Positions 48,692 through 59,457 of a stretch of 64,000 nucleotides of DNA are shown piece by piece. The position numbers and the translations under genes are program-made. The stretch lies in NCBI GenBank assembly GCA_963790305.1, contig CAWBOC010000002.1, positions 32,001 to 96,000 on the forward strand. Reading direction: 5' to 3'. Below the pieces are notes generated by a model that did no database searches, was not told where the DNA came from, and saw only the letters and a list, made by a program, of their open reading frames with translations. The stretch's first letter is position 1; each line of letters starts with the position of its first letter. Origin of the DNA: an uncultured Gemmatimonadaceae bacterium. Lineage in GTDB: Bacteria > Gemmatimonadota > Gemmatimonadetes > Gemmatimonadales > Gemmatimonadaceae.

Positions 48692-48863
48692 GCTCCTCCC
48701 CGTGTGGGTGGGAATCTCGAGGCTTCAGAGTATGCGTCCGCCGGGCGACGTCGGCAACACGTGGACCTCGCTGCCTTGACGCGCGTCTCGCGGCAATCCA
48801 TGTAATGAGCAGCCGCTGACCGCTCGGCGGCCACCTGCCTGATAACCGCGGTGGAGGTGTGTT

Positions 48864-51800
48864 ATGGCAAGACGAGTGCGTTACCTCGCGGCGATTCTCC
48901 TCGCCGCGCTGGCCGCCGGCGCGGCGCACGCCCAGACGCAGCAAGACCGGACCGTCACCGGCCGCGTCACCGACATCGACACCGGCGAGCCACTCGTCGG
49001 CGCGCAGATCGCGGTGAAGGGCATGATCGGCCGAGGGACGGTGGCGGGTGATGACGGGGCATTCTCGCTGCAAGTCCCGGCAGTGGACGTCGTGCTGAAC
49101 ATCCGCCGCATCGGCTACCCGATGCGGGAGGTGCCGGTCCCCGTTGGCACTGGCGCCGTCACGGTCACGCTGCGGAAGGACGTCCTCAAGCTCGAGCAGG
49201 TGGTCATCACCGGCCCGGCCTCGGGGATCTCGCGGCGCCATCTCGCGAACTCGGTCGCGTCCATAGACGCTGAGGACCTGACGAGGGTTCCCGCGATCAG
49301 CATCGAGCAGGCGTTTCAAGGGAAGCTCGCTGGCGCGCAGATCCAGTCGAACACCGGCGCGCCCGGCGGAGGCAACCGGATCCGCATCCGCGGCATCTCG
49401 TCGATCCTCGGGAACTCCCAGCCCTTGTACGTCGTCGACGGCGTCATCGCCAGCGACGTCGCCATCGCCTCCGGAACGAACCGGATCACGAAGGCGTCCG
49501 GCTCGGTCACGATCGCGGTGCCGAGTCAGGAGAATCCCATCAATCGGATCGCCGACCTCAATCCGGACGACGTCGAGAACGTCGAGGTGCTCAAAGGCTC
49601 GGCGGCAGCCGCCATCTACGGCTCGAAGGCCTCCGGCGGCGTCGTGATGATCACGACCAAGCGCGGGCGCGCGGGCCGGCCCCAGTTCACGGTGCGGCAA
49701 GGTGTCGGTACCGCACGCCTCGCGTACAAGGAAGGCTCGCGTCGCTTCCAGAGCCTCGCGGCGGCGCGAGCCGCCTTCGACCCGAACAACACCCGCGGTG
49801 ACGCCTTTTGGGCGACCGCCTACAACCCGGCCAACAACTTCTCGTACGAAGATCTGCTGTTCGGAGAGAAGCCGATCAACTACGAGACCTCCTTCAGCGT
49901 CAGCGGCGGCTCGAACGTCACCCGGTACTTCGTCTCGGCACTCCTCCGACGCGACGAGGGGATCGTGAAGAACACGTTCGCGGACAAGAAGAGCCTCCGC
50001 GTCAATCTCGATCAGAACTTTGGCTCGCGCGTCACGCTGAGCGCCGGGTCCGAGCTCGTTCGCAACTCAGCCGACCGCGGACTGTTCGGCAACGACAACG
50101 CCGGCAACTCGATCTACTACACGGTCACCAAGCTCCCCAGCTTCTACGACTTTCGACCATCGGGCGGGACGTATCCCGTCAATCCGTTCTATGCCAGCAA
50201 TCCCTTCCAGACGATCGACATGCTCCAGAACCGCGAGGTCGTCTGGCGGAGCATGAGCAACGCGCGCGTGCAGTTCGAGGCGCTGAATGGAGCGACGCAT
50301 CAGCTGCGCTTCATGGCGATGGGCGGGGTGGACGTCTTCACCCAGCGCAACAACGTGTTCTCGCCGCCGGAGCTGTTTTACGAGGACGACGACGGCCGGC
50401 TCGGCACCGCGATCGCGTCGTACGCGCAGAACCTTCAGTACAACGCCAACTTCAACGCGGTCCACGTCTTCACTCCCCGCGCGTGGCTGTCGTTCACGTC
50501 TCAGCTCGGGACGCAATACGAGGTGCGGGACCTCGACCAGACGCGGACCGCGGGTGAGAACCTCCTCGGGGGATTGGCGGTTCCAGACGCCGGTACCGTG
50601 CGCGATCTCGACATCGAGCAGCTCAAGGTCAACGACTTCGGGTATTTCGTGCAGACCGAGGCGCTCGCGTGGGACAAACTGCTGCTGACCATGGGCGTGC
50701 GCGCTGACCGGAGCAGCAACAACGGCGACGTCGGGAAGTTCTACTTCTTCCCGAAGTATGCCGCGTCGTACCGCATGCCGGATCTCATTCCGGGAATGGT
50801 CGACGAGCTCAAGGTGCGAGCCGCGTACGGCACCACCGGAAACCAGCCGCAGTACGGACAGAAGTTCACGAACCTGACGTCGGGCAGCATTGGCGGTCTG
50901 GGCGGGTTCTCGTTCGGCACGACGCGTGGGTTCGCCCAGATCCGCCCGGAGCTACAGCGGGAGCTCGAAGGCGGCATCGATGCCTCGCTTCTCGGGAATC
51001 GCGCGCAGCTCGAGCTCACCGGCTTCCAGCGCAACATCTCGGATCTGCTCATTCAGCGCACGCTCGCTCCGACGACCGGCTTCTCGCAGGAGGTCTACAA
51101 CGGCGCTTCGATGCGCGTCCGTGGCTTCGAGGCGTCGCTGAATGCATTTCCCATCCAGACCGAGGCACTCGGCGGCATCAGCTGGAACGTGCGCATCAAC
51201 TTCGGCCTGAACCGCAGCAAGATCACCAGGCTTCCGGTGGCGGCGTTCCTCATCAGCACACCCCAGGTCGGCGCGATCCAGATCAAGGAAGGTCAGTCGG
51301 CGACCCGGCTCGTCGGCAACGACACGGTGGGCGTCGCCGGGACCTGCCCCCCCACCCGGTCGATCCGTCCGTCTGCTCGACGCGTGTGGTCGGTAACGTC
51401 GTCCCGGTCTACATGGGCGACGCGAGCCCCGACTACACCGGCGGCATCGGCAACGAGGTGCGCTGGAAGGGCCTCAGCCTGTACGGCCTGCTCGATCGCC
51501 AGAAGGGTGGGATGCTCGCCGCCGGCACATGGCGGCATTTCGACCTCGGTCAGAACTCCCGCGACTACGACGATCCGGGCCCGGATCCGACGAAGACGTT
51601 AGGCAAGTGGCGCACCGACACGTACCTCAAGGTCACCCGCATTTACTACCAGGACATTTCGTACTGGAAGTTGCGCGAGCTGACGCTCAGCTATGACGTC
51701 CCGCAGCGGTTCGTCAGCCGCGTTGCTGGCGCGAGGACGGCGCGGCTCTCGTTGAGCGGCCGCAATCTGAAATGGTGGACGAACTTCCGCGGCGGCGATC

Positions 51801-51910
51801 CGGACTTCGCGAACTTCGGCGGTACCCCGGAATCGGTGCAGCGGAACCGTGAGTTGGCCGCGTACCCCGCGAGCCGGCAATTCTGGGCCAACGTTCAGGT
51901 AGGGTTCTGA
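48864..51910 (+). CDS. SusC/RagA-family TonB-linked outer-membrane protein, frameshifted at a C7 run (51347-51353)
   Basis: TGEPLVGA, PLYVVDGV, DLNPDDVENVEVLKGSAAAAIYGSKASGGVVMITTKRG, GVRADRSS, LKVRAAYG; C-terminus (KLRELTLSY, YPASRQF..VGF) lies in another frame, and C8 would join the two. Confidence 0.9.
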
Positions 51911-51912
51911 CC

Positions 51913-53325
51913 ATGCGGCCATCAGCCATAGCCCGAGTCGTCGGCGTCGCCGCGGCCCTCAGCGCCTGCGAGCCAGTCACCGTTCCAAATCTCAACAACC
52001 CGAGTATTGAGTCGCTCACCGACAATCCCACGATTGGAGTGGTGAATACCGCGACCGTCGGGATGCTGATCAATCTGCGTGGCCGCGTCGGCGTCGAAGC
52101 GTCCGCAATGGGAATTCTCGGCAAGGAGTCGTACAACCTGGACCAGGCAGAGCCTCGCAACGTGCTCAGCTATCTCCAGGGCCCGATCGAGCCGGGCGGC
52201 TTCGTTCAGGATCTGGGCTGGACGGAAGGCTATCGCAACGTCATCCAGGGCCTCACGATCCTCGAGGCCGTCGATAGGATCGCCGAGACGCCGACGCCCA
52301 CGACTGCGTCGTACAGCCCGCAGCAGAAGGAAGGAATCCGCGGCTTCGTCAAGACGATCATGGCAATGGAGTTGCTCACCCAGGTCCGTATTCGCGACGC
52401 GGTGGGTATCGTCATCGACGTGTCGGCGAACCCGTCGGCACCGCTTGGGGCTGTCGTGTCCAAGGCGGAGGCGCTCACCAGGATCGTCGCCCTGCTGAAC
52501 GAGGCGAAGACGCACCTCCAGGCCGCCGGAACGGCATTCGCGTTTCCGCTTCACTCCGGCTTCGCGGGATTCAACGTTCCGTCCACGTTCCTTCAGGTGA
52601 ACCGCGGGATCGCGGCGCGCGCGGAAGTCTATCGCGAGCAGTGGGCGGCGGCCTTGACCGCCCTGGGCGAGTCCTTCATCAATGTCACGACGCCGACGCC
52701 CGCGAGGCTCGCGTTAGGCGCGTACCACGTTTTCAGCGCCTCCTCCGGTGACCTCCTCAACCCGTTGTTCGACCAGACGCCGACACGATTCTACGTGCAT
52801 CCGTCCATCCTGACTGGCGCACAGACTCGCGTCGGTGGAGCGCCGGACCTGCGGCTGTCCACGAAGACAGCGCCAGGAACGGCGCGCACGACCGTGACGG
52901 TGCAGGGCACGCACAAGTTCATGAACTATCCGACGAGTACATCCCCCGTGCCGATCATCAAGAACGAGGAGCTGATCCTGCTCCGGGCCGAGGCGCGGTA
53001 TTACAGCGCCGACCTCACGGGAGCGTTGGCGGACCTCAACTTCGTCCGGGTCAACTCCGGCGGGCTCGCTCCGCTCACCCTCGCAGACATCGCGACCGAG
53101 GCGGCATTCGTCACTGAGCTGCTGTACAACCGTACCTACTCGTTGCTGTTCGAAGGAGGTCATCGGTGGGTGGACTACCGGCGGTACGACCGCCTCGCAC
53201 AGCTGCCGAAGATCAACACGCAAATCAACGAGAAGACGTTTCCGTACGTGATGTTTCCGGCCGACGAGTGCAACCAGCGGGACCCGAAGCCTCAGCCTGG
53301 ATGCTCGGAGGTCGTCGGCCAGTAG
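51913..53325 (+). CDS. SusD/RagB-family nutrient-binding lipoprotein
   Basis: Lipobox LSAC; PIIKNEELILLRAEA, ALADLNFVR, LLFEGGHRWVDYRRY; directly follows SusC. Confidence 0.9.
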   Translation: MRPSAIARVVGVAAALSACEPVTVPNLNNPSIESLTDNPTIGVVNTATVGMLINLRGRVGVEASAMGILGKESYNLDQAEPRNVLSYLQGPIEPGGFVQDLGWTEGYRNVIQGLTILEAVDRIAETPTPTTASYSPQQKEGIRGFVKTIMAMELLTQVRIRDAVGIVIDVSANPSAPLGAVVSKAEALTRIVALLNEAKTHLQAAGTAFAFPLHSGFAGFNVPSTFLQVNRGIAARAEVYREQWAAALTALGESFINVTTPTPARLALGAYHVFSASSGDLLNPLFDQTPTRFYVHPSILTGAQTRVGGAPDLRLSTKTAPGTARTTVTVQGTHKFMNYPTSTSPVPIIKNEELILLRAEARYYSADLTGALADLNFVRVNSGGLAPLTLADIATEAAFVTELLYNRTYSLLFEGGHRWVDYRRYDRLAQLPKINTQINEKTFPYVMFPADECNQRDPKPQPGCSEVVGQ

Positions 53326-53497
53326 GGATGCGACTCCGGTACAGCTGCAACCGCGCGGTGCGGGCGCGTGCTCGCGGAGGTGGCCATGCAACTCCGGACC
53401 GTGTGCGTCGAGTTGGCGTCACAAAGCATCCCGGACGAGTAGCCTATGATTCCTGAACTTCCGGGCGCGGTAGCCCGAGAGCAATGCCGAGCTGAGC

Positions 53498-53989
53498 TCA
53501 GATCATCACTGCAGAAGCCCACGACGTTACTACCTGACTCGCGGATGTAGAACTCCGTGGTGCCGTAGAACGTGTCGTGCCGCGCCTTGACCACCGGGGC
53601 TCCCTGTGTCTGCCGCTCGATCGTGTCGAGGTCGCGAAGGACGGAACGGTGATGAAGAGCGCCGCGCTGCGGCCAGTCAGCTCCGTGCCGACGTCGGATC
53701 GTCGGCAATGACCTGGCGCGGGTCTGGTACATGATCTCGACGCCATCTTTCTTGACGCTGGCGAAGATGAGCTTTCTGGCCGGACCGGGCACCTCGTTCT
53801 CCTGGCAAAGCCCAGTCGGTCCGTCCAAAACTCCACCGAAGGACCAACGGCATTGACGATGAGGACCGGCGCGAGTGCAGTCAGGGCATATGAAGGGATT
53901 GGCATGGCTTCTCTCCTGACCGAGGGTTGAGCGATGAGTATCGCAGGAGCGAGCGAAAAAGCGATGATGGACAGTGCGGGCGTACGCAT
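53498..53989 (-). pseudogene. Glyoxalase/bleomycin-resistance (VOC) family gene, multiply frameshifted
   Basis: APVLIVNAVGPSVEFWTDRLGF in one frame; FASVKKDGVEIMYQ and VVKARHDTFYGTTEFYIRESGSNVVGF in another; AALFITV back in the first. Confidence 0.7.
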
Positions 53990-54143
53990 GGGTTTGTTGC
54001 CTCGGGGTAACCAGCGATATCTATACTCGACTGAACGGTGGATAATGCCATCCAGTCCCTGTGTGGAAACAGGATAGGGGCTCGGGACTCGTATTGGAAA
54101 AATCCGACGTGGAGCCGATCAATCGAATCAGAGGTATGTCGAA

Positions 54144-54938
54144 GTGCCGCCGCCGCCCTCCCTGGCGCACCTCGTCGCGTGCCTCTGGGAGATGCGCATT
54201 CCAACGATTGCGGAAAAGCGCGTGCGCATCCTTCCCAACGCCTGCATCGACATTGTGGTCTACGCCAGCGACACGTCGCACGGCGAGGGGACGGCCGGGA
54301 TCGTCGCGCCGCCGCATTGCAGCTTCGTCGTCGGATCGACCTTGCGGAGCTTGATCGTTCGCAGCGTAGGCTGGAGGCATATCGTGGGCGCGTCGCTGCT
54401 TCCGGCCGGCGTTCAACCGCTCCTTGGTGTACCGGCCCGCCTCATTGGTGAAAGCATCGCGCTACTAGACGACATCATCGGCTCGAGCGCGGTCGAAATG
54501 GAAGAGCGCATATTGTCGACGACCGGCGATCGCGCCCTCTCGCGGATGGCCGATGCCCTGGTCCGCCTGCGCGCGTCCCGAGAAGTTCACCCCGTGATTG
54601 CGCGCGCCGTCCACTCGGTCCGGACTGCGGGCGGTCAGAAGCGGATGGACGCGCTGGCGAACGAGACGAACCTCTCCACGCGGCAGCTCGAGCGCGCATT
54701 TCTCGAGCACGTCGGGCTCAGCCCGAAAACATATTCCCGGCTGGTGCGCTTCGATCGCGCCGTACGCGGGATCGGCGCTCGCGGCACGTTGCCCTGGTCG
54801 CAATTCGCACTGGCTCACGGGTACAGCGACCAGGCACATTCGATCAACGAGTTCAAAGAGTTCGCCGGGATCACGCCGGCGCAATTCGAGAGCGAGCTGG
54901 CGACAGGGGAGCTTCGGCCTGTAGTAGTTGACCTATAG
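54144..54938 (+). CDS. AraC-family transcriptional regulator (DUF6597-like N-terminus); start uncertain
   Basis: PPPSLAHLVACLW, RILPNACIDIV, LSTRQLERAFLEHVGLSPK, GYSDQAH..EFKEFAGITP. Confidence 0.85.
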   Translation: MPPPPSLAHLVACLWEMRIPTIAEKRVRILPNACIDIVVYASDTSHGEGTAGIVAPPHCSFVVGSTLRSLIVRSVGWRHIVGASLLPAGVQPLLGVPARLIGESIALLDDIIGSSAVEMEERILSTTGDRALSRMADALVRLRASREVHPVIARAVHSVRTAGGQKRMDALANETNLSTRQLERAFLEHVGLSPKTYSRLVRFDRAVRGIGARGTLPWSQFALAHGYSDQAHSINEFKEFAGITPAQFESELATGELRPVVVDL

Positions 54939-54987
54939 GCAACGGCCGAGGTTCGATGATCTAAACCCGTGATTCCGGAAACGGAAG

Positions 54988-55200
54988 GTGACCGAAACCC
55001 TCTGGCACGACGTCAAATTCGCTCGGCGCAAACTCGCGCGGGCGCCGCTGCTGGTCGCGGTCGGCGGCTGTCGATCGCACTCGGCATACCCGCGACGACG
55101 TCGGTGTTCACGATCGTCAATGCGGCCCCGCTCCGTCCGCCGCCGATCGACCACGCGGACCGGCTCGCCATTCACGAGATCACCGTACCGCGACCGACTT
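54988..55200 (+). pseudogene. N-terminal remnant of an ADOP/MacB-type ABC permease
   Basis: ETLWHDVKFARRKLARAP, then in another frame LSIALGIPATTSVFTIVNAAPLRPPPIDHADRL, matching the typical permease start; no continuation recognised. Confidence 0.65.
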
Positions 55201-55497
55201 CGGAGATTTTTTCATGTTCAGGCGCGCTGTTTCTACGATCGTCTCTTTCCACGAGTGCGCTGGCTGCTTCTGGATGCGCCGCAGGGAGAATATTTCATTG
55301 TCGGGATCGCGCGCGATCTGGGGCTTCGACCGCAACCTCGACGTGCGACCCGCCGTACTGCGATCCGACGCAGCTCAACTCGTGGCTCCCCTCACCGAGG
55401 CCCTCGCTCTCGCCGCAGTTCAACTGGCAAGCGGCCAACCCAGGTGAGAGTCGATGAGATCAACCGGGCCATCGCGGGAGCCCAGGATTGTGCAGCA

Positions 55498-56030
55498 TGA
55501 GCACTCCCGTTTCCTTTGAGTGGGATTGGCAGCGAGCCGAATACTTCGCGGCCGAGCGCGAATGCGGGCCACGCGCCGGCGCGGCCTCGAGCCGCACGTC
55601 GGCTCCTCGTGCTGTCGGCGATTGGTTTCGCCCTGTTCGTGTTCGCCTATTGGTCTCGCGGCATTCTGACGCCTCACACTGCGGTCGTCCTTGTCCTTCT
55701 CACTTTTGGACTTCCGTGGCTGGGCTCGTTTCGGGGAATGGATCGCGCCACGCATTCGCGCTCGGCGGTTTGCACGAAGCTGTTTACCCGCCTATGGACG
55801 TACCGCGGCAGCGCTCGATAACACTGGGCTCACGCTCCGGTGGCAGGATAGCAGCGTACAGCTTGGCTGGACGACGTTCACGAGATTCGCTGAGACGGTC
55901 GAGTTCATCCGCTTTATCAGTCGCCCAAGTCGGCCATTTTCCTGCCTAAGCGTGCTATGCAAGCGGACGAGGTCGACACGGTACGCGCACTCGCTCAAGG
56001 TGGAATGGCGGGGCGTGGAATCGAGGTGCC
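55498..56030 (+). pseudogene. YcxB-like membrane protein, multiply frameshifted
   Basis: Two TM segments (LLVLSAIGFALFVFAY, AVVLVLLTFGLPWL), then LDNTGLTLRWQDSSVQLGWTTFTRFAETVEF and HFLPKRAM spread over three frames. Confidence 0.55.
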
Positions 56031-56103
56031 AAAACCAGCTGGCGAACGTGGGCGTTAGACAACAGCCGGGCATCGTAGACCTGTAGCCCTTGCGCACGCT
56101 TCC

Positions 56104-56526
56104 GTGACCGCGTCTCCATTGATCTCCACACGCCTCTCCTGGCTCAGTGCGATACTGCTCCTGCTGGGTGGCCTCGCGCTCCTCTTCGCCTCGGACACCA
56201 TCCTCCCGCGCCTCATTCCGTCTTTTCCGGCGGCTGGTGCTTGGCTGGGGCAGGTCCTGGCCGCCACCTGGCTTGCCATCGCGACCCTCAACTGGCTGAG
56301 CCGCTCCGTGTTGCTCGGCGGGATCTACGGCCGCCCCGTTGTCCTGACCAATGCCGTGCTCTACTTCATCACCGCGATAGTGCTGCTCAAGATCGTCACG
56401 TGGGCCGCCGCTCCGGCCGCGCTCTGGCTGGTCGTCGTCCTGACCGTACTCCTCGCCGGGGCCTACGGCTGGCTCCTCTTTCGCGGCCCGCTTGAGCGCG
56501 ATTTCGAGGTTTCCCGTCGCTCGTAG
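56104..56526 (+). CDS. Hypothetical four-TM membrane protein
   Basis: Hydrophobic 140-aa ORF with GGIYGRPVVLTN loop; bracketed by attC-like sequences. Confidence 0.75.
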   Translation: MTASPLISTRLSWLSAILLLLGGLALLFASDTILPRLIPSFPAAGAWLGQVLAATWLAIATLNWLSRSVLLGGIYGRPVVLTNAVLYFITAIVLLKIVTWAAAPAALWLVVVLTVLLAGAYGWLLFRGPLERDFEVSRRS

Positions 56527-56585
56527 TGCGGCGAGAGGGGGGCGTGGACTGCCAGGCCTTCGCCGAAGCGCCTGTGGCCCCTGCT

Positions 56586-56664
56586 GTCTAACGTGCGGTG
56601 CAGCCAACGAGCACATTAAGGAGGCGGCTTCGCCGCTTGGTTATTGGTGCTCGTGCGGTTAGGC
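56586..56664 (+). other. attC-like integron cassette recombination site, apparently degenerate
   Basis: GTCTAAC (RYYYAAC) ... GTTAGGC (GTTRRRY) enclosing the hairpin ACGAGCAC..GCGGC-TTC-GCCGC..GTGCTCGT; a partner for the left TGCAGCC box is missing. Confidence 0.55.
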
Positions 56665-56737
56665 GGCGCCCCGAGCGTTGCGACGATCCAGCCTAGGCGG
56701 CAGCCCTCGCGCGCGTCTGTGCACCTCGGAGACTTTC

Positions 56738-57157
56738 ATGAAGCTCTACACGTACCTCAACTACGGCGGCAACTGTCGCCAGGCGTTCGAGTTCTACGTC
56801 CAGCACCTCGGCGGCAAAATCACGGAGATCACCACGCACGGCGAGATGCCGGAGGCGAGCAACCCGCCGCCAAACTGGAGGGACGCCGTCCTCCACGCGC
56901 GGATGACACTCGGCGAGACGGTCCTTCTCGGAGCGGACATCCCGCCGGACCGTTTTCAGCCCATGCGCAGTGCCTATCTCACGCTGATCGTGGATAGCAG
57001 CGCCGAAGCAGAACGCATTTACGACCTCCTGAAGGATGGCGGGCAGATCTTCATGCCCATGGAAGAAACCTTTTTTGCCCGCCGGTTCGCCATGCTCAGG
57101 GATCGGTTCGGGACATCGTGGATGTTGCTTCACGAGCACGCGCCGGCGAGCAAATAG
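56738..57157 (+). CDS. VOC-family protein (PhnB/YjdN-like)
   Basis: YLNYGGNCRQAFEFY, VLHARM, MPMEETFFARRFAMLRDRFGTSWML; GGAG RBS. Confidence 0.9.
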   Translation: MKLYTYLNYGGNCRQAFEFYVQHLGGKITEITTHGEMPEASNPPPNWRDAVLHARMTLGETVLLGADIPPDRFQPMRSAYLTLIVDSSAEAERIYDLLKDGGQIFMPMEETFFARRFAMLRDRFGTSWMLLHEHAPASK

Positions 57158-57163
57158 CGATTC

Positions 57164-58483
57164 GTGAGTGAGCTCCGCCGCACGATGCGCCTCCCCGACG
57201 CCACCGCGATGGTGGTGGGGATCATCATCGGCGCCTCGATCTTCGTGCAGCCGTCGGAGATCACACGGCTCGTGCCCGACGCAGGCGGCATTGCGCTCGT
57301 CTGGGCGCTCGCCGGCGTCCTCACGCTCGTCGGTGCCTTGATCTGCGCCGAGCTCTCCTCGGCGTTCCCGCGCACGGGCGGCGTGTACGTGTTCCTGCGC
57401 GACATCTTCGGGCCGCCCGTGGGATTCCTCTGGGGCTGGGCGATGTTCTGGAGCATGCACACCGGCATCATCGCGGCGATCGCCGTCGTATTCGCGCGGT
57501 ACGTCGGCTATTTCGTTCCGCTCGGCACGACCGGAATCAGGATCGTCGCGGTGGCTGCGATCCTCGGTCTATCGGCCTTCAACTGTCTCGGGATCCGGCA
57601 CGGCAGCCGGCTCCAGACCATCGTCACCGGCGCCAAGCTCGCCGCCATCGTGTTGCTGATCGTCGGCGGCCTAACGATTGCGCCCGGCGGCGCAGCCACC
57701 GTCAGTGCCCCCGCGGATTTCGGGACATCCGACATCCTGCTCGGACTGGTGGCTGGGCTCTTTGCCTTTGGCGGCTGGCACATGGTGACCTACACCGCCG
57801 GCGAGACGGTGCATCCCGAACGCACGATCCCACGATCTCTCGTGCTTGGCACGCTGATCGTCACCGTCTGTTACATCGCCCTGAACGCCATCTATCTGCG
57901 AGTGCTGTCGATCGACGGTGTCACCGCTTCCACCCGTATTGCGGCGGATGCCGCCGAAGCGCTCGTCGGTCCCGTCGGCGCGACGCTGGTCGCGATTCTG
58001 GTCATCCTCTCCACATTCGGTGCCGTCAACGGCATCATCCTCGCCGGCCCGCGTGTCTACTTTTCGATGGCCAATGACGGCCTGTTCCTCAAGTGGGCAG
58101 CGACGGTACATCCCGGTTTCGGCACGCCCGTCCGAGCCATCGCTCTCCAGGGCCTATGGGCGTGCGCATTGGTGATGACCGATACCTACCGCGGCCTGTT
58201 CACGCGCGTCGTGTACACCGAGTGGATTTTCTTTGGCCTGCTCGCCGTCGGCGTGATACTCCTTCGGAGACGGCCTGGCTACGCACCACCGTTCCGCATG
58301 CCGTGGGCTCCCGTGCTGGCGTTAGGCTTCGCCGCGTCGTGCATCGCAATCGTCGTCAATCAGGTTCTCTCGGACCCCGTGAATAGCTTCATCGGGCTGG
58401 CGGCGGTCGTGGCCGGCCTGCCCGTGTATTACTTCTGGGTTGCCCCGCGGATGCGCGACACACGAGGAGCCATCGCGACGTGA
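57164..58483 (+). CDS. APC-superfamily amino acid permease
   Basis: GIIIGASIF, AELSSAFPRTGGVY, FAFGGW, AGETVHPERTIPRS, GPRVYFSMANDG; about 12 TMs. Confidence 0.93.
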   Translation: MSELRRTMRLPDATAMVVGIIIGASIFVQPSEITRLVPDAGGIALVWALAGVLTLVGALICAELSSAFPRTGGVYVFLRDIFGPPVGFLWGWAMFWSMHTGIIAAIAVVFARYVGYFVPLGTTGIRIVAVAAILGLSAFNCLGIRHGSRLQTIVTGAKLAAIVLLIVGGLTIAPGGAATVSAPADFGTSDILLGLVAGLFAFGGWHMVTYTAGETVHPERTIPRSLVLGTLIVTVCYIALNAIYLRVLSIDGVTASTRIAADAAEALVGPVGATLVAILVILSTFGAVNGIILAGPRVYFSMANDGLFLKWAATVHPGFGTPVRAIALQGLWACALVMTDTYRGLFTRVVYTEWIFFGLLAVGVILLRRRPGYAPPFRMPWAPVLALGFAASCIAIVVNQVLSDPVNSFIGLAAVVAGLPVYYFWVAPRMRDTRGAIAT

Positions 58484-59457
58484 TCGTAGACTTTCACAAC
58501 CACTACTACCCTCCGGCTTACCTCGAGGCCATCAAGGCTGGCGGACTCAAGGTCAAGATGGACTACGACGCCGAGAAGAACCCGCGCCTCCATTACCCCG
58601 GCGACTACAACATCCTCGTCCCCGGCCATCGCGACCTCGACTTCCGCGAAGGGGTCCTCGACGACCAGGGGGTAACGCACCAGGTCCTGACGTTCACCAC
58701 CCCTGGCGTGCACTACGAAGAGCCGGCGACAGCCGTCCGCCTGGCGCGAATCGTCAACGATGCATTTGCGGCCGAAGTTTCGCGGCGAAAGCATTTCACG
58801 GCGCTCGCCACGCTTCCTCTCAACGACCCTCGAGCCTCGGTCGCGGAGCTCGAGCGGGCGATTCGCGAGCTCGGCCTTCGGGGCGCGATGGTATTCAGCA
58901 ACGTGAATGGCACCGGGCTCGACGAAGCCGTCTACATGCCGCTCTGGGAAAAAGCGAATGAGCTTGGCGCGGTCATCTACATCCACCCCGCGCATCCGCT
59001 GGGTGTCGAGGCAATGGAGAAGTACTGGCTCATGCCGCTCGTCGGCTTCCTGATGGACACCACGCTGGCGGCGGGGAAGCTCGTGTTCAGCGGAATCGTC
59101 GAGCGCTTCCCACGCATCACCTGGGTGCTCACGCACATGGGAGGCGCCGTGCCCTACCTCGCGGAGCGCATGGATCGAGGCTACGAGGCGTTCGCGGAGT
59201 GCCGTGCCAACATCAAGCAGAAGCCGAGCGCCTACCTGAAGCGCTTCTACTACGATACGGTCAACTTCGACAACGCGGCACAGCGACTGGCGCTCGAGTT
59301 CGCCGGCGTGGACCACATCGTGGCCGGCAGCGACTACCCACACCAGATCGGGAGCATCCCGAAGATGCTGTCGAGCATTCGCAATCTTTCCCTCACGGAC
59401 GCAGAGCGCGCGAAGATCCTCGGCGGGAACGCCGCGCGGCTCCTGGACCTCACATGA
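58480..59457 (+). CDS. Amidohydrolase_2 family protein (ACMSD-like decarboxylase/hydrolase)
   Basis: IVDFHNH, IYIHP, THMGGAVPY, FYYDTV, GSDYPH. Confidence 0.9.
   Translation: MIVDFHNHYYPPAYLEAIKAGGLKVKMDYDAEKNPRLHYPGDYNILVPGHRDLDFREGVLDDQGVTHQVLTFTTPGVHYEEPATAVRLARIVNDAFAAEVSRRKHFTALATLPLNDPRASVAELERAIRELGLRGAMVFSNVNGTGLDEAVYMPLWEKANELGAVIYIHPAHPLGVEAMEKYWLMPLVGFLMDTTLAAGKLVFSGIVERFPRITWVLTHMGGAVPYLAERMDRGYEAFAECRANIKQKPSAYLKRFYYDTVNFDNAAQRLALEFAGVDHIVAGSDYPHQIGSIPKMLSSIRNLSLTDAERAKILGGNAARLLDLT

Noticed and set aside
53325..53432. GGGATGC...GCATCCC inverted ends downstream of SusD as an ncRNA or element
   Set aside because: Only 7-bp arms, no second copy in the window and no convincing internal structure.
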